Positions 32,465 to 42,171 of a stretch of DNA of 61,682 bases are shown piece after piece. The DNA is taken from contig CAZNFG010000001.1 in the NCBI GenBank assembly GCA_964572605.1, positions 67,459 through 129,140 of the forward strand, given 5' to 3'. Position numbers and translations under genes: made by a program. Each line of letters starts with the position of its first letter. Position 1 is the first letter of the stretch. The notes under the pieces were generated by a model that was not told the origin of the DNA, ran no database searches, and saw nothing but the letters and a program-made list of their open reading frames with translations. This DNA comes from an uncultured Eubacteriales bacterium. Its GTDB lineage: Bacteria; Bacillota; Clostridia; TANB77; UBA1234.

Positions 32465-35400
32465 ATGAAAAATCAAAGAGGCGTGTCGATGATAATGCTG
32501 GTTATTATGATAATCGTAATAATTGTTTTATCAACGATAATATTTTCATCAAAAGATAGCATAAATGAAGCTGGAGAAGCAAAGTTTTTACAAGAGCTAT
32601 CAGAAGTCAGAAAAGGAATTACCACAATACAAGGTATAAATTCAAAACAAGGTAGAGATGAAAAAACCGTCAATAAAGGTTTTATAAAAGTTAATATAAA
32701 TAATGCTCCAGAAAGTTTCGTAAGCTACACAGATGATGGAATTACTGGTTATGTTGTTGACCTTTCAGTTATTGATTATCAAAAGTCGAGTAAAGGTCAA
32801 GGTTATCTAGACATTATACAAGGAGATACTATTTCATTCGACGAAGACGATGTATATATATATGACGCAATTGGAAATGTATATTATGCAAAAGGATTTG
32901 TATTAGAATCAGGAAAATCATATTATGCGGAAGAAGAAGTTGAAAAGAAAAACCCACCTATGGTTAATATTGTTGATACTACAGGTGGAAATATAGTGGT
33001 AAAGGTAACGCCAGCATATAATGGAAACGTTATAGTTACTATTGGTGGAAAAAAAGCAAACACAAGCGATGGAGAAACATTCACATTAAATGTAACTGAA
33101 AATGGAACATATATTTTAATTGCAGAAGAAGAAAACGGAAGCTCAACAAGAACCACTGTATCAGTAAGTGATATTACAAAAGAAATATCGCCATTGTCTG
33201 TAATAACAAACGTAAGAATAAATAATGGGGAAGGATATACAAATGATTTAAGTGGACAAGCAACAATGTACATAACTGCAGAAAATACAGAATACATAAG
33301 CGTTATGGTAAATACTTTAGCAGTACCAGATGTAAACGATTCGGCAAAATGGAGAAAATATTCAAACACAATGACAATAACATTAAATGATGGGTTAAAT
33401 AGATATTATATCTGGGGTAAAAATGATGAAAATAGATGCTCCAATAGTGCAGGAGTGGCAGAAATAACATTAGATAAAACAGTTCCAACAAGGGAAGAGC
33501 CTACATATGTAATTAATGGATTTGAAATGACTGTAACATGTAAACAAACAGATGCTTTACCTTTGGATGTTATGTTTGGATATAAAACATTAAGTCAAAA
33601 CGAATTTGTTTGGCAAGAAAGTAATGTAATAACAGATATTGTGCCAGGAGAAAAATATATTTTAACAACTAAAGCAACAGACAGAGCAGGAAATACTTCC
33701 ATATCAAGAGAAAAATTAACAGTAGCTATACAAGAATTGCCTGGTGGAGTAACAATTGTACCAAGCTCTACAGAGTGGAGCAAGTCGGTTGATGTATTAA
33801 TTACATATCCAGACAATATGTATCAAAATATTTATAGAATCAATGACGGAGATTGGAGAGTTGTAACAGCATCACAAACAAGAGTTAAGCTTATTGCAAA
33901 CTCAGTTGTCGAGGCTGGAGTTTCAATAAGTAAAAATGCAAACGAACGTGAAATTGGAGAAATAACAAGACTAGATGTAAATTGGATTGATAGAGTAAAG
34001 CCTGCAATCTATGAAATAAATACAGGAAGTGGAGATCCAACACAAGAAGGATATTATGTTACAGCCAAAATTAGAGATGATGAATCTGGAATAGTTGCAT
34101 GGACAGTGACGGGTGTAAATGAAGAACCAACAACATGGACAAATGAAATTACAAAAACAAAAGAAGAACAAACAATAAGTATATTTGTAAATGATAATAA
34201 ACCATATTTCATTTGGGCAAAAGATCAGACAAATCAAGCAACAATGGCTAATTTTATTATACAAAACATAGATAAAACAGATCCAGTAATAAAAACATAT
34301 AATCTTTCATACGAACAATCAATGGCAACAATAGATGTTGTTGCACAAGATATTGCGCTTGGACTTAATGGATATGCAGTAACAAGAGGCGAAAACGTTT
34401 CACCAACAGAGTCTGACTGGGTAGAAATTACAAAAACAATACAAGAATATAATATAAGTTATGAAGTAAGAGATGGTGACACGTATAATGTATGGGTAAG
34501 AGACGTATCGGGAAGGAAAAAAAGCGTCTCGCAAAATATACGAGTTAGATACAATGTGACATATGATTATGCTACAAATGGAGGAACAAGTATAGATATA
34601 CCTAACAATGTTGTGGAATTTGGATGTAATACAAATATAGACTTAACGCCAATATCATCAAGAAGTGGATATATATTTGTTGGATGGAACACAGACCCTA
34701 ATGCAACGGATGCATTAAGAGAATTTGTAATAGGAACTGAAGATGTAACGGTTTATGCAATATTTAAAAGAGCAATTTCGGTTACAATTCAATATTATGA
34801 TGTAGATAGATTGGTAACAGATAATATAGAACGATTCTTATACAATGGTGAAGAAGAGGGAGTAATAACAGTACCAAATGTTACAGCAGAATATACGGGA
34901 TATATAAAAGAAGGTTGGACAGAAGATATTTCAAATAATGCTACAGTAAAATATAGTGGAGAAAATATAGAAATAACAACATCAGGAGATGTCAATCTAT
35001 ACATGATGTATAGAAAAAATATTTCTGCAACATATAGGTATTATTCATATGTTATAGAAGATACAGAAGCAGCAGCAAGAGAACATATGGATTATCTTCC
35101 ATTTCAAGAAGATGGTATAACCAAATATAGATGTTACGATCAAAAAAATGAAATCTTATATGGAAGAATAAGAACGAATTCATATAATATAGCAAGCACG
35201 ACGACAGCTTCAATCACATCGCCATCAATTCAAACAACGATACCAAAATCTAGCGTGTGGGTGTTGAGAGGATGGAGCCAAAGCTCTGAATCAGATGGTG
35301 CAATATCACATGCAAATAATGAAGTAGTAAATATTAATATAAATAAAACATACTATGCATCATATGCATCAGAGATAAACGCATATAAATACAAATATGG

Positions 35401-38215
35401 AGTATCTACACCATATGAGACTTTAACCGTGAATGCAACGATGTCATACAATGCACAAATAAAATCAGCAAGAGTGTTACTTGGTGCAGCCGCAACAGAA
35501 AATATATCTGGGCAAGTGTGGACAGCAGAGGGTTGGTGTAAAAATTCTGGTACAGATATTAGAGTAGATATAGTAAATGAGGCATACGATGAAATACTTG
35601 TAGATACTTCGTATTATGCAATCTATGTAAGAGATATATCAGTAACAGAAATAGCATATGGACTAGTTACAAATGTACATTCAGGAAGGGTATATCTAAA
35701 CGTTGGTGGAATCAATAAAAAAGCAGAAATAACAATGTCAAATTTAAATAATGTAGATTTTAATGGACAAACCTGGCAGCCAAGAGGTTTTTCAACAAGT
35801 GAATTGCCTAATGCAACTACTACGCTACAACAAGGAGAAATGTTTTTAACAGATGTAAGTGCCACATATTATGTGTCATATTATACGAATTTAACAATAA
35901 CAACAAAAATATTGAACGGAACATCTAACAAAGGAGCAATAGCATATTTAGGTTATGACAGTGCAATTCATGGGGCAACAGTTACTCTTGGAACAATAAC
36001 TCAAGAGCATTATGATGAAGACATATGGACAGGAATAGGGTGGACAAAAGATAATACACAAACCATAGGTGATCTGATTGAAATAAATAGCACAGAAACG
36101 GTAAGCACAAGTACGACATATTATGCAATGTACGAACGAAACGTAAGCGTAACAAAAAATACATACAATAATCAAACCGAGGTAATAACAGCAATAGCAA
36201 GATTAAACGCAAGTGGAGTGGTTGGAGATGCAATAATACCAGTTGGTACAGCAGAAGATGTTATGTTGTCATCAACATTGTGGACACAATATAAATGGAG
36301 CACAACACCAGGAACAAATGATCAATCAGCAACATTAATAAATCAAAATTCGAATATGCAAACACATAAAGATTCAAACATATATGCAATATATATGTCA
36401 GGAATAAGAGCAAGAGTACACTATTATGAAAATGGTATTAAGTATACAGATATAGATATAGGCTCGAGAATGAATTATATCGGCAACATAGTAGCTCAAG
36501 AAACAAAATACATGCCTGCAATTGCTTCGGTCACAAAAGATGGAAAGACATGGAATGGGGTTGGTTATTTATCTAGCACAAATGGATATACATTAGCAGA
36601 TAAAGAAGGACAAGTCACATATGTTGGTGGTGAAGAAATTAGTATAACAACTCAAACAGAATATTATGCAATATATGCAACTACTATTACTCTAACAAAA
36701 GTGGAAATGTTTCAAACAAACCAGACTAACTATGCAATAAAGATGAACTCGCTTGGCGAAGAATTAGGATACACATTTAAACTAGGAACAATAAGCGATG
36801 TATCACTTGAGGGAAAAGTATGGGTTGGAATAGGCTGGAATACAAATGGAAATATTCCAACAAGTCTTCCAGAAGTTTCACAAAATCAAGACATAACGAT
36901 ATTAAACAGTATAGAATACTACGCATTATATAATAGAGAAATAATAGTAGAATTAAACGAATATAAAGATGGAATCACAACAAATAAGAAGACACAATCA
37001 AGTAGTATATATATGAGTCAAGATGGAACAATGACGAGCACGACAATAGTAATATCAAGTCCAACAAATCAAACACTAACAGCACAAGGCACGACATGGA
37101 ATTTCAAAGGTTGGTCAGCATTACAAAATTCATCAACAATTACAGCGATGGCTGGAGCGACACTAAACCTACAAGACGATACAATTTTATATGCAGTATA
37201 TTCAAAAATAGCAGAAGCAATATTATATAAATATGATAATACGGTACAAAACACATTAAGTGGAGACGCATATATGGATGTAATGGGAAGAGTGAAAAAA
37301 GCAAACATCTTATTAGATGGAATAGAGAGCATAGAGATTGAAGGAAAAGCATGGAATCCAAGATGCTGGAGTACAGGAATAGCAGGAAATGCAGGGCTGG
37401 GCAGAGTAGAACCGGGGGCAACAGCAAGTATATACATAGACACAACTTACTATGCATCATATACTAAGGATATAACAGTAGGATTTTACTTATTGCAAAC
37501 AACCGAAGACAATATAATAGTACAAGACAAAACAGCAACGGCATATGTAAATTATCAAGGAGAAATAATTAACGCAACAATCAGTGCACCAACGCAAGCA
37601 AATGTTGGCAGATGGATAGCGGATGGTTACACGGAATCGACAGAGAATCCTAGCATTGCAATAAATGGTATATTGTATGGAGGAACAATGGATGTAATTG
37701 AAGGAAAAACATTATATGGACTTTATCATGATGACGTTATAATAACGTATAATGCAAATGGAGGAACACCAACACCTGCAACAACTTCGGGAATAGCAAG
37801 ATATAAAGCGGGAACAGAAGGAATAAAAGAAGATGCATTAATTACAATTACAACTACTAATATAGTTAAAACAGGTGGAATATTTAATGGAGCGTGGGGA
37901 GAATCACCAACATCAACAGAAGCATATGCAATAAATGGTGAAGAAAAAATTGTCGAAATAGATAAGACACTATATGCAATTTTTGAACCAAGAACATATA
38001 ATGTCGATTATGCAAATAATATTTTATCAAGACAAATAAAAACACATGGTATACCGTTAACAATACATGAAGAAGAACCTGAAATGGAAGGATTTACATT
38101 TAAAGGATGGACTCTATCAGAGAGTTCAACAACTGTTATATATTCACCAGGATCAACCTATATAGCAAACGAACCAATAACACTTTATCCGGTATGGGAG
38201 GCATGGCCAGACTGA
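32465..38215 (+). CDS. Giant (1916 aa) cell-surface protein: pilin-like N-terminal anchor, Ig-like modules, about 14 divergent Listeria-Bacteroides (InlB B-repeat/Flg_new-like) repeats
   Basis: N-terminus MKNQRGVSMIMLVIMIIVIIVL. From about aa 693 there are modules of roughly 85-100 aa, each with a (G/R)W(S/T/N) element and ending in an aromatic motif (TVYAIFKR, TYYASYAS, SYYAIYVR, TYYAMYER, EYYAIYAT, TLYAIFEP, TLYPVWEA ...). The last modules are canonical (ITYNANGGTP..., GFTFKGWTL...LYPVWE). No LPXTG or choline/SLH-type anchor is visible. Confidence 0.75.
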   Translation: MKNQRGVSMIMLVIMIIVIIVLSTIIFSSKDSINEAGEAKFLQELSEVRKGITTIQGINSKQGRDEKTVNKGFIKVNINNAPESFVSYTDDGITGYVVDLSVIDYQKSSKGQGYLDIIQGDTISFDEDDVYIYDAIGNVYYAKGFVLESGKSYYAEEEVEKKNPPMVNIVDTTGGNIVVKVTPAYNGNVIVTIGGKKANTSDGETFTLNVTENGTYILIAEEENGSSTRTTVSVSDITKEISPLSVITNVRINNGEGYTNDLSGQATMYITAENTEYISVMVNTLAVPDVNDSAKWRKYSNTMTITLNDGLNRYYIWGKNDENRCSNSAGVAEITLDKTVPTREEPTYVINGFEMTVTCKQTDALPLDVMFGYKTLSQNEFVWQESNVITDIVPGEKYILTTKATDRAGNTSISREKLTVAIQELPGGVTIVPSSTEWSKSVDVLITYPDNMYQNIYRINDGDWRVVTASQTRVKLIANSVVEAGVSISKNANEREIGEITRLDVNWIDRVKPAIYEINTGSGDPTQEGYYVTAKIRDDESGIVAWTVTGVNEEPTTWTNEITKTKEEQTISIFVNDNKPYFIWAKDQTNQATMANFIIQNIDKTDPVIKTYNLSYEQSMATIDVVAQDIALGLNGYAVTRGENVSPTESDWVEITKTIQEYNISYEVRDGDTYNVWVRDVSGRKKSVSQNIRVRYNVTYDYATNGGTSIDIPNNVVEFGCNTNIDLTPISSRSGYIFVGWNTDPNATDALREFVIGTEDVTVYAIFKRAISVTIQYYDVDRLVTDNIERFLYNGEEEGVITVPNVTAEYTGYIKEGWTEDISNNATVKYSGENIEITTSGDVNLYMMYRKNISATYRYYSYVIEDTEAAAREHMDYLPFQEDGITKYRCYDQKNEILYGRIRTNSYNIASTTTASITSPSIQTTIPKSSVWVLRGWSQSSESDGAISHANNEVVNININKTYYASYASEINAYKYKYGVSTPYETLTVNATMSYNAQIKSARVLLGAAATENISGQVWTAEGWCKNSGTDIRVDIVNEAYDEILVDTSYYAIYVRDISVTEIAYGLVTNVHSGRVYLNVGGINKKAEITMSNLNNVDFNGQTWQPRGFSTSELPNATTTLQQGEMFLTDVSATYYVSYYTNLTITTKILNGTSNKGAIAYLGYDSAIHGATVTLGTITQEHYDEDIWTGIGWTKDNTQTIGDLIEINSTETVSTSTTYYAMYERNVSVTKNTYNNQTEVITAIARLNASGVVGDAIIPVGTAEDVMLSSTLWTQYKWSTTPGTNDQSATLINQNSNMQTHKDSNIYAIYMSGIRARVHYYENGIKYTDIDIGSRMNYIGNIVAQETKYMPAIASVTKDGKTWNGVGYLSSTNGYTLADKEGQVTYVGGEEISITTQTEYYAIYATTITLTKVEMFQTNQTNYAIKMNSLGEELGYTFKLGTISDVSLEGKVWVGIGWNTNGNIPTSLPEVSQNQDITILNSIEYYALYNREIIVELNEYKDGITTNKKTQSSSIYMSQDGTMTSTTIVISSPTNQTLTAQGTTWNFKGWSALQNSSTITAMAGATLNLQDDTILYAVYSKIAEAILYKYDNTVQNTLSGDAYMDVMGRVKKANILLDGIESIEIEGKAWNPRCWSTGIAGNAGLGRVEPGATASIYIDTTYYASYTKDITVGFYLLQTTEDNIIVQDKTATAYVNYQGEIINATISAPTQANVGRWIADGYTESTENPSIAINGILYGGTMDVIEGKTLYGLYHDDVIITYNANGGTPTPATTSGIARYKAGTEGIKEDALITITTTNIVKTGGIFNGAWGESPTSTEAYAINGEEKIVEIDKTLYAIFEPRTYNVDYANNILSRQIKTHGIPLTIHEEEPEMEGFTFKGWTLSESSTTVIYSPGSTYIANEPITLYPVWEAWPD

Positions 38216-38226
38216 ATGACAAAGAG

Positions 38227-38256
38227 TTGACAAAGAGGGACGTTGCTTTTTGTCAA
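38227..38256 (-). repeat. REP-like hairpin unit
   Basis: TTGACAAAGAGGGACGTTGCTTTTTGTCAA. Its reverse complement matches about 24/28 of the core TGACAAAAAGGAACGTCCCCAGTTGTCA. The ends TTGACAAA/TTTGTCAA pair. Confidence 0.8.
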
Positions 38257-38309
38257 TGAAGAAAGCTTGACATTTCAAAGAATTTTGATATATTAAATTC
38301 ATAAACATG

Positions 38310-38355
38310 GGGCAAAGATTCTAAGTAAAACAGAATCTTTGCCCTTAATTTTTTT
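38310..38355 (+). terminator. Terminator-like 13-bp hairpin plus T-run just upstream of the RAYT RBS
   Basis: GGGCAAAGATTCT-AAGTAAAAC-AGAATCTTTGCCC followed by TTAATTTTTTT. It may end the giant-gene transcript and/or attenuate the transposase. Confidence 0.6.
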
Positions 38356-38366
38356 AGGAGGAACAA

Positions 38367-39119
38367 ATGCCAAGAAAATCAAGATCAGAAACGCTTTCAG
38401 AATATTGTCACATAATAATACAAGGTGATGAAAAGAAAAACATTTTTAATACAAATAGAAAGAAAGAGAAAATTCAATATTTAATGTTAAAAAATGCATT
38501 TCGAAACGATGTAAAAATATTAGCTTATTGTCTAATGGATAATCATGCACATATACTGCTACATAGTACTGAAATTAAACGTATTGAAAAAATGATGGCA
38601 CAGACTAATACAGCGTATGGGGTTTATTATAACAAAATTAGAAACAATGTGGGTCATGTTTTTAGAAATCGATATAAAATAGAAGAAATTTCATCACAGA
38701 ATCATTTAATTAATTGTATAAAATATATTCATAACAATCCCGTAAAAGCAAAAATCGTAAGAGAATGTGTGGAATATCAGTTCTCCAGTTATATGAACTA
38801 TATAAAGAAAGATGGAATTTTTGATAAAACCTTAGTTAAGCTTTGCAAAATAAATGAGGAAGATTATCGTAATATTGTGAATCCGATTATTATTGAATAC
38901 TGTTACATGGAAGAATCATTTAATAAAGAAGATGTGGAAAAAGTAATAAACGAAATAAATCTAGAGTATGATTTGAATGACTTAAGCAACGATGAAGTTA
39001 TTGAGGTATATGATAAAATTAAAAAACGATGCAAACTTCCAAACATTCATATTGCCAAAATACTTAATATTGAACGCAGAAAACTGAAAAAAATAATTGA
39101 CAAACAGGAGCGTCCCTAA
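38367..39119 (+). CDS. IS200/IS605-superfamily Y1 (HUH) transposase of the RAYT type
   Basis: HUH motif in CLMDNHAHILL, and catalytic-Tyr region IKYIHNNPVKAKI. 250 aa, AGGAGG RBS. The last codons overlap a REP unit. Confidence 0.8.
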   Translation: MPRKSRSETLSEYCHIIIQGDEKKNIFNTNRKKEKIQYLMLKNAFRNDVKILAYCLMDNHAHILLHSTEIKRIEKMMAQTNTAYGVYYNKIRNNVGHVFRNRYKIEEISSQNHLINCIKYIHNNPVKAKIVRECVEYQFSSYMNYIKKDGIFDKTLVKLCKINEEDYRNIVNPIIIEYCYMEESFNKEDVEKVINEINLEYDLNDLSNDEVIEVYDKIKKRCKLPNIHIAKILNIERRKLKKIIDKQERP

Positions 39120-39125
39120 TTGTCA
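39098..39125 (+). repeat. REP-like hairpin unit
   Basis: TGACAAACAGGAGCGTCCCTAATTGTCA. It overlaps the RAYT stop codon. Confidence 0.8.
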
Positions 39126-39157
39126 CTAATTAAATTAATTGATATAATAAGCTTGAT

Positions 39158-39185
39158 GGACAAAAACGAACGTCCCCAAATGTCA
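39158..39185 (+). repeat. REP-like hairpin unit abutting the transketolase RBS
   Basis: GGACAAAAACGAACGTCCCCAAATGTCA, followed directly by AAGGAGGAG and the GTG start at 39200. Confidence 0.8.
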
Positions 39186-39199
39186 AAGGAGGAGAAAAA

Positions 39200-39970
39200 G
39201 TGGAGGAGTTAAAAGAAGTTGCAAAACAAATTAGAAGAGATATATTGTTTCAAGTTCATAATGCTAAGGCTGGACATCCAGGAGGAGCACTATCTTGTGC
39301 CGATATTTTAGTTGCAATATATTATAATCAAATAGAAGAAGGTGATAAGGTTATTTTGTCGAAAGGTCATGCTTGTGCAGCTCTATATGCAGTGCTTGCT
39401 GAAAAAGGTTTCTTCAATAAAAGTGAACTTGCAGGTTTTAGAAAATTAAATGGAAAGTTAGAAGGTCATCCTTCTACAAAAACACCGGGTGTGGATGCAC
39501 CAACTGGATCACTTGGTCAGGGATTATCAATTGCAAACGGAATTGCACTTACATATAAAGCAGATAAAAAGAATAATCATGTTTACTGCATTATAGGAGA
39601 TGGTGAAACAGATGAGGGTCAAATCTGGGAAGCTGCTATGACTTCAAATCATTATAAATTAAATAATTTAATTGTGTTTTTAGATTATAATAAATTACAA
39701 ATAGATGGAGCAAATGATGATGTAATGACAATTATGCCTATAGATAAGAAATTTGAATCTTTTGGATGGTATGTACAAAGAATTAATGGTCACAATTTTG
39801 ATGAGATAATTAGCGCCATAAAAAATGCAAAAAAACAAGATAAGCCAAGTATTATAGTGGCAGATACAATAAAAGGAAAAGGTGTTTCATTTATGGAAAA
39901 TAGATCAGAATGGCATGGCAAAGCACCAAGTGATGAGGAATATGAAATTGCTATGAATGAGTTGAAATAA
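39200..39970 (+). CDS. Transketolase, N-terminal (TPP-binding) subunit
   Basis: GHPGGALS, GHPS...PGVDAPTGSLGQGLS, GDGETDEGQIWEA motifs. Split-gene arrangement. Confidence 0.92.
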   Translation: MEELKEVAKQIRRDILFQVHNAKAGHPGGALSCADILVAIYYNQIEEGDKVILSKGHACAALYAVLAEKGFFNKSELAGFRKLNGKLEGHPSTKTPGVDAPTGSLGQGLSIANGIALTYKADKKNNHVYCIIGDGETDEGQIWEAAMTSNHYKLNNLIVFLDYNKLQIDGANDDVMTIMPIDKKFESFGWYVQRINGHNFDEIISAIKNAKKQDKPSIIVADTIKGKGVSFMENRSEWHGKAPSDEEYEIAMNELK

Positions 39971-39997
39971 TCATTTGTTAGAAAAAAGGAGGAAAAT

Positions 39998-40915
39998 ATG
40001 AAAGCCACACGAGAAAGTTATGGAGAAGCTCTTGCAGAACTTGGAGAAAAGTACAAAAACATTGTGGTATTAGACGCAGATTTATCTAATGCTACTAAAA
40101 CAAATATTTTCAAGAAAAAATATCCAGATAGATTCTATAATGTTGGAATTGCAGAGCAAGATTTAATGGGGACTGCCGCTGGTTTTGCACTTGCTGGTAA
40201 AATACCATTTGCAAGCACATTTGCAATGTTTGCATCAGGAAGAGCATATGATCAAGTAAGAAACACAATTTGTTATGGAAATATAAATGTAAAAATATGT
40301 GCAACACATGCGGGAATTACAGTGGGAGAAGATGGTGCAACACATCAAGCATTAGAAGATATAAGTCTTATGCGTGGTTTACCAAATATGAAAGTATATT
40401 CTCCAAGTGATGATAAAATGACAAAATGGCTTATTGGAGAAATTGTAAAAGAAAAAGGACCAACATATGTAAGACTTGCAAGACCTGCGACTGAAGAAAT
40501 ATATAAAGAGGCAGAAACATTTGAGTTTGGAAAAGCGAAGCAACACGGAAGCGGTATTGATGCAACTATAATTGCAACAGGAGTTACTGTTTCTGAGGCT
40601 TTAAAAGCCCAAAGAAATTTAATTGGTATGGGGAAAGATGTAAGAGTAGTAGATATGTGGTGCCTAAAACCAATAGATAAAGAAATAATAATTAAAGCTG
40701 CAAAAGAAACAAAAAAAATAATTACTATAGAAGATCATAGTATAGTTGGAGGACTTGGTTCTGCAGTCTGTGAAGTACTTTGTGATGAATACCCAACAAA
40801 GGTTACGAGAATGGGCATAAAAGATGAATTTGGAAAATCAGGTGGCTGGAGCGAATTAATTGAATACTTCAAGATTGATTCAAATGCGATAATTGAGGAA
40901 GTAATTTCAAAATAG
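39998..40915 (+). CDS. Transketolase, C-terminal (pyrimidine-binding) subunit
   Basis: DADLSNATKT, GIAEQDLMGTAAG, THAGITVGEDGATHQ motifs. Confidence 0.92.
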   Translation: MKATRESYGEALAELGEKYKNIVVLDADLSNATKTNIFKKKYPDRFYNVGIAEQDLMGTAAGFALAGKIPFASTFAMFASGRAYDQVRNTICYGNINVKICATHAGITVGEDGATHQALEDISLMRGLPNMKVYSPSDDKMTKWLIGEIVKEKGPTYVRLARPATEEIYKEAETFEFGKAKQHGSGIDATIIATGVTVSEALKAQRNLIGMGKDVRVVDMWCLKPIDKEIIIKAAKETKKIITIEDHSIVGGLGSAVCEVLCDEYPTKVTRMGIKDEFGKSGGWSELIEYFKIDSNAIIEEVISK

Positions 40916-40941
40916 ATTAAAAAAATAAAGGGGGAATTCTG

Positions 40942-42171
40942 ATGAACAACAGAGAGTATAAGCTCGTAGACTCAAATTTGCTGGAACTAGTAAATAACAA
41001 TATTATTTCTAGTGAACAGTACAAAGAAGCAAATAACTATATAAACAAAACAAGAAAAAAAAGAGTGTCGATTACTACAATTTTCATGGCAATAGGCATT
41101 TTATTAATAGCTCTTAGCATAATTACAATATTTGCATTTAATTGGGATGATATTTCAAAAGAAATAAAAACTATTGTTTCATTTGTACCAATAATTATAA
41201 CAGCAGTTATGTTATATTTTTGCATTAAAAATGAAGATAAAAACATGAAATTATATACAGCCATATTTGCACCGATTTCAATATTAGCAACCAATTCGCT
41301 TATTTCGCAAATATTTCACATCCAAACAGAAATATATGAATTACTTTATATTTCACTTTTCATGTATTTACCAATTGCATTTATTATAAGAAATCACATA
41401 TCAATTATTATATATGGAGTGGGTGCAATTTTTTATACTATGTCTGCTATAGGACCATATAGCGACACGTGGGTGATAAATTCAATATTAATTTCTTTGC
41501 CACTATTTATCTATAATATCGTAAATTATGTAAAAGATAGGGCAAGTACAAAAAACATTATAATGTGGATTATAAATGTAATAATTATATCATTAATATT
41601 GTTTTCAGAAGAGATATTAAGAGAAGATGTCTTTTTAATATATGTATTTACAATATATCTAATAACACAAGTCTTATTTAAAAAAGAAAATATGTTAAAT
41701 ATGATATTAAAATTTTGTTTTGTGGCTTATCTGATTATATCTTGTATAGACTCAAATCTTGTTTCATTTGCAAGTGAGGTTGAATATGGATTTGATACAT
41801 TAATAGTAACATTGGCAATGGCCGCATTTATATTTTTATCAAGAGCATATAAAAGACCACAAGAATATTTTATATTTGTATTTATAGCTTTAATGCAATA
41901 TACAAAAATGCCTACAGATACTTTATTTATTTTCGTAAATATAATCGCACTTGCTCTTGGAGTTTATACAATTATTATGGGAAACAAAGAAAATTCATAT
42001 AACAAAATTATGAAAGGTGTATCATTAATACTACTTATCATATTATTTAGATTTATGAATTCTGACTTTGGATTTTTAGAAAAAAGTACAATGTTTTTAA
42101 TTACAGGATTAATATTTATAATTAGTTCAAATGTTATGAAGAAGAGGATAGGGGGTAAAAAAGATGAATAA
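40942..42171 (+). CDS. Polytopic membrane protein (DUF2157-like)
   Basis: 409 aa with more than 10 predicted TM helices. It is translationally coupled to a GDYXXLXY-type gene, a pairing I recall for DUF2157. Confidence 0.5.
   Translation: MNNREYKLVDSNLLELVNNNIISSEQYKEANNYINKTRKKRVSITTIFMAIGILLIALSIITIFAFNWDDISKEIKTIVSFVPIIITAVMLYFCIKNEDKNMKLYTAIFAPISILATNSLISQIFHIQTEIYELLYISLFMYLPIAFIIRNHISIIIYGVGAIFYTMSAIGPYSDTWVINSILISLPLFIYNIVNYVKDRASTKNIIMWIINVIIISLILFSEEILREDVFLIYVFTIYLITQVLFKKENMLNMILKFCFVAYLIISCIDSNLVSFASEVEYGFDTLIVTLAMAAFIFLSRAYKRPQEYFIFVFIALMQYTKMPTDTLFIFVNIIALALGVYTIIMGNKENSYNKIMKGVSLILLIILFRFMNSDFGFLEKSTMFLITGLIFIISSNVMKKRIGGKKDE

Larger units (their letters stand above)
38227..39185 (+). 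mobile_element. RAYT (REP-associated tyrosine transposase) unit with flanking REP-like hairpins in inverted orientation
   Basis: One REP copy lies upstream in reverse orientation (38227..38256). Two lie downstream in forward orientation (39098..39125, 39158..39185). They bracket an IS200/Y1-type transposase gene. Confidence 0.75.

Noticed and set aside
38305-38316. 12-mer ACATGGGGCAAA shared with 50843..50854 (upstream of radC)
   Set aside because: It is a single short match with no extended similarity or common structure. At the RAYT locus it is part of a hairpin, at radC it is not. This is insufficient to call a motif.
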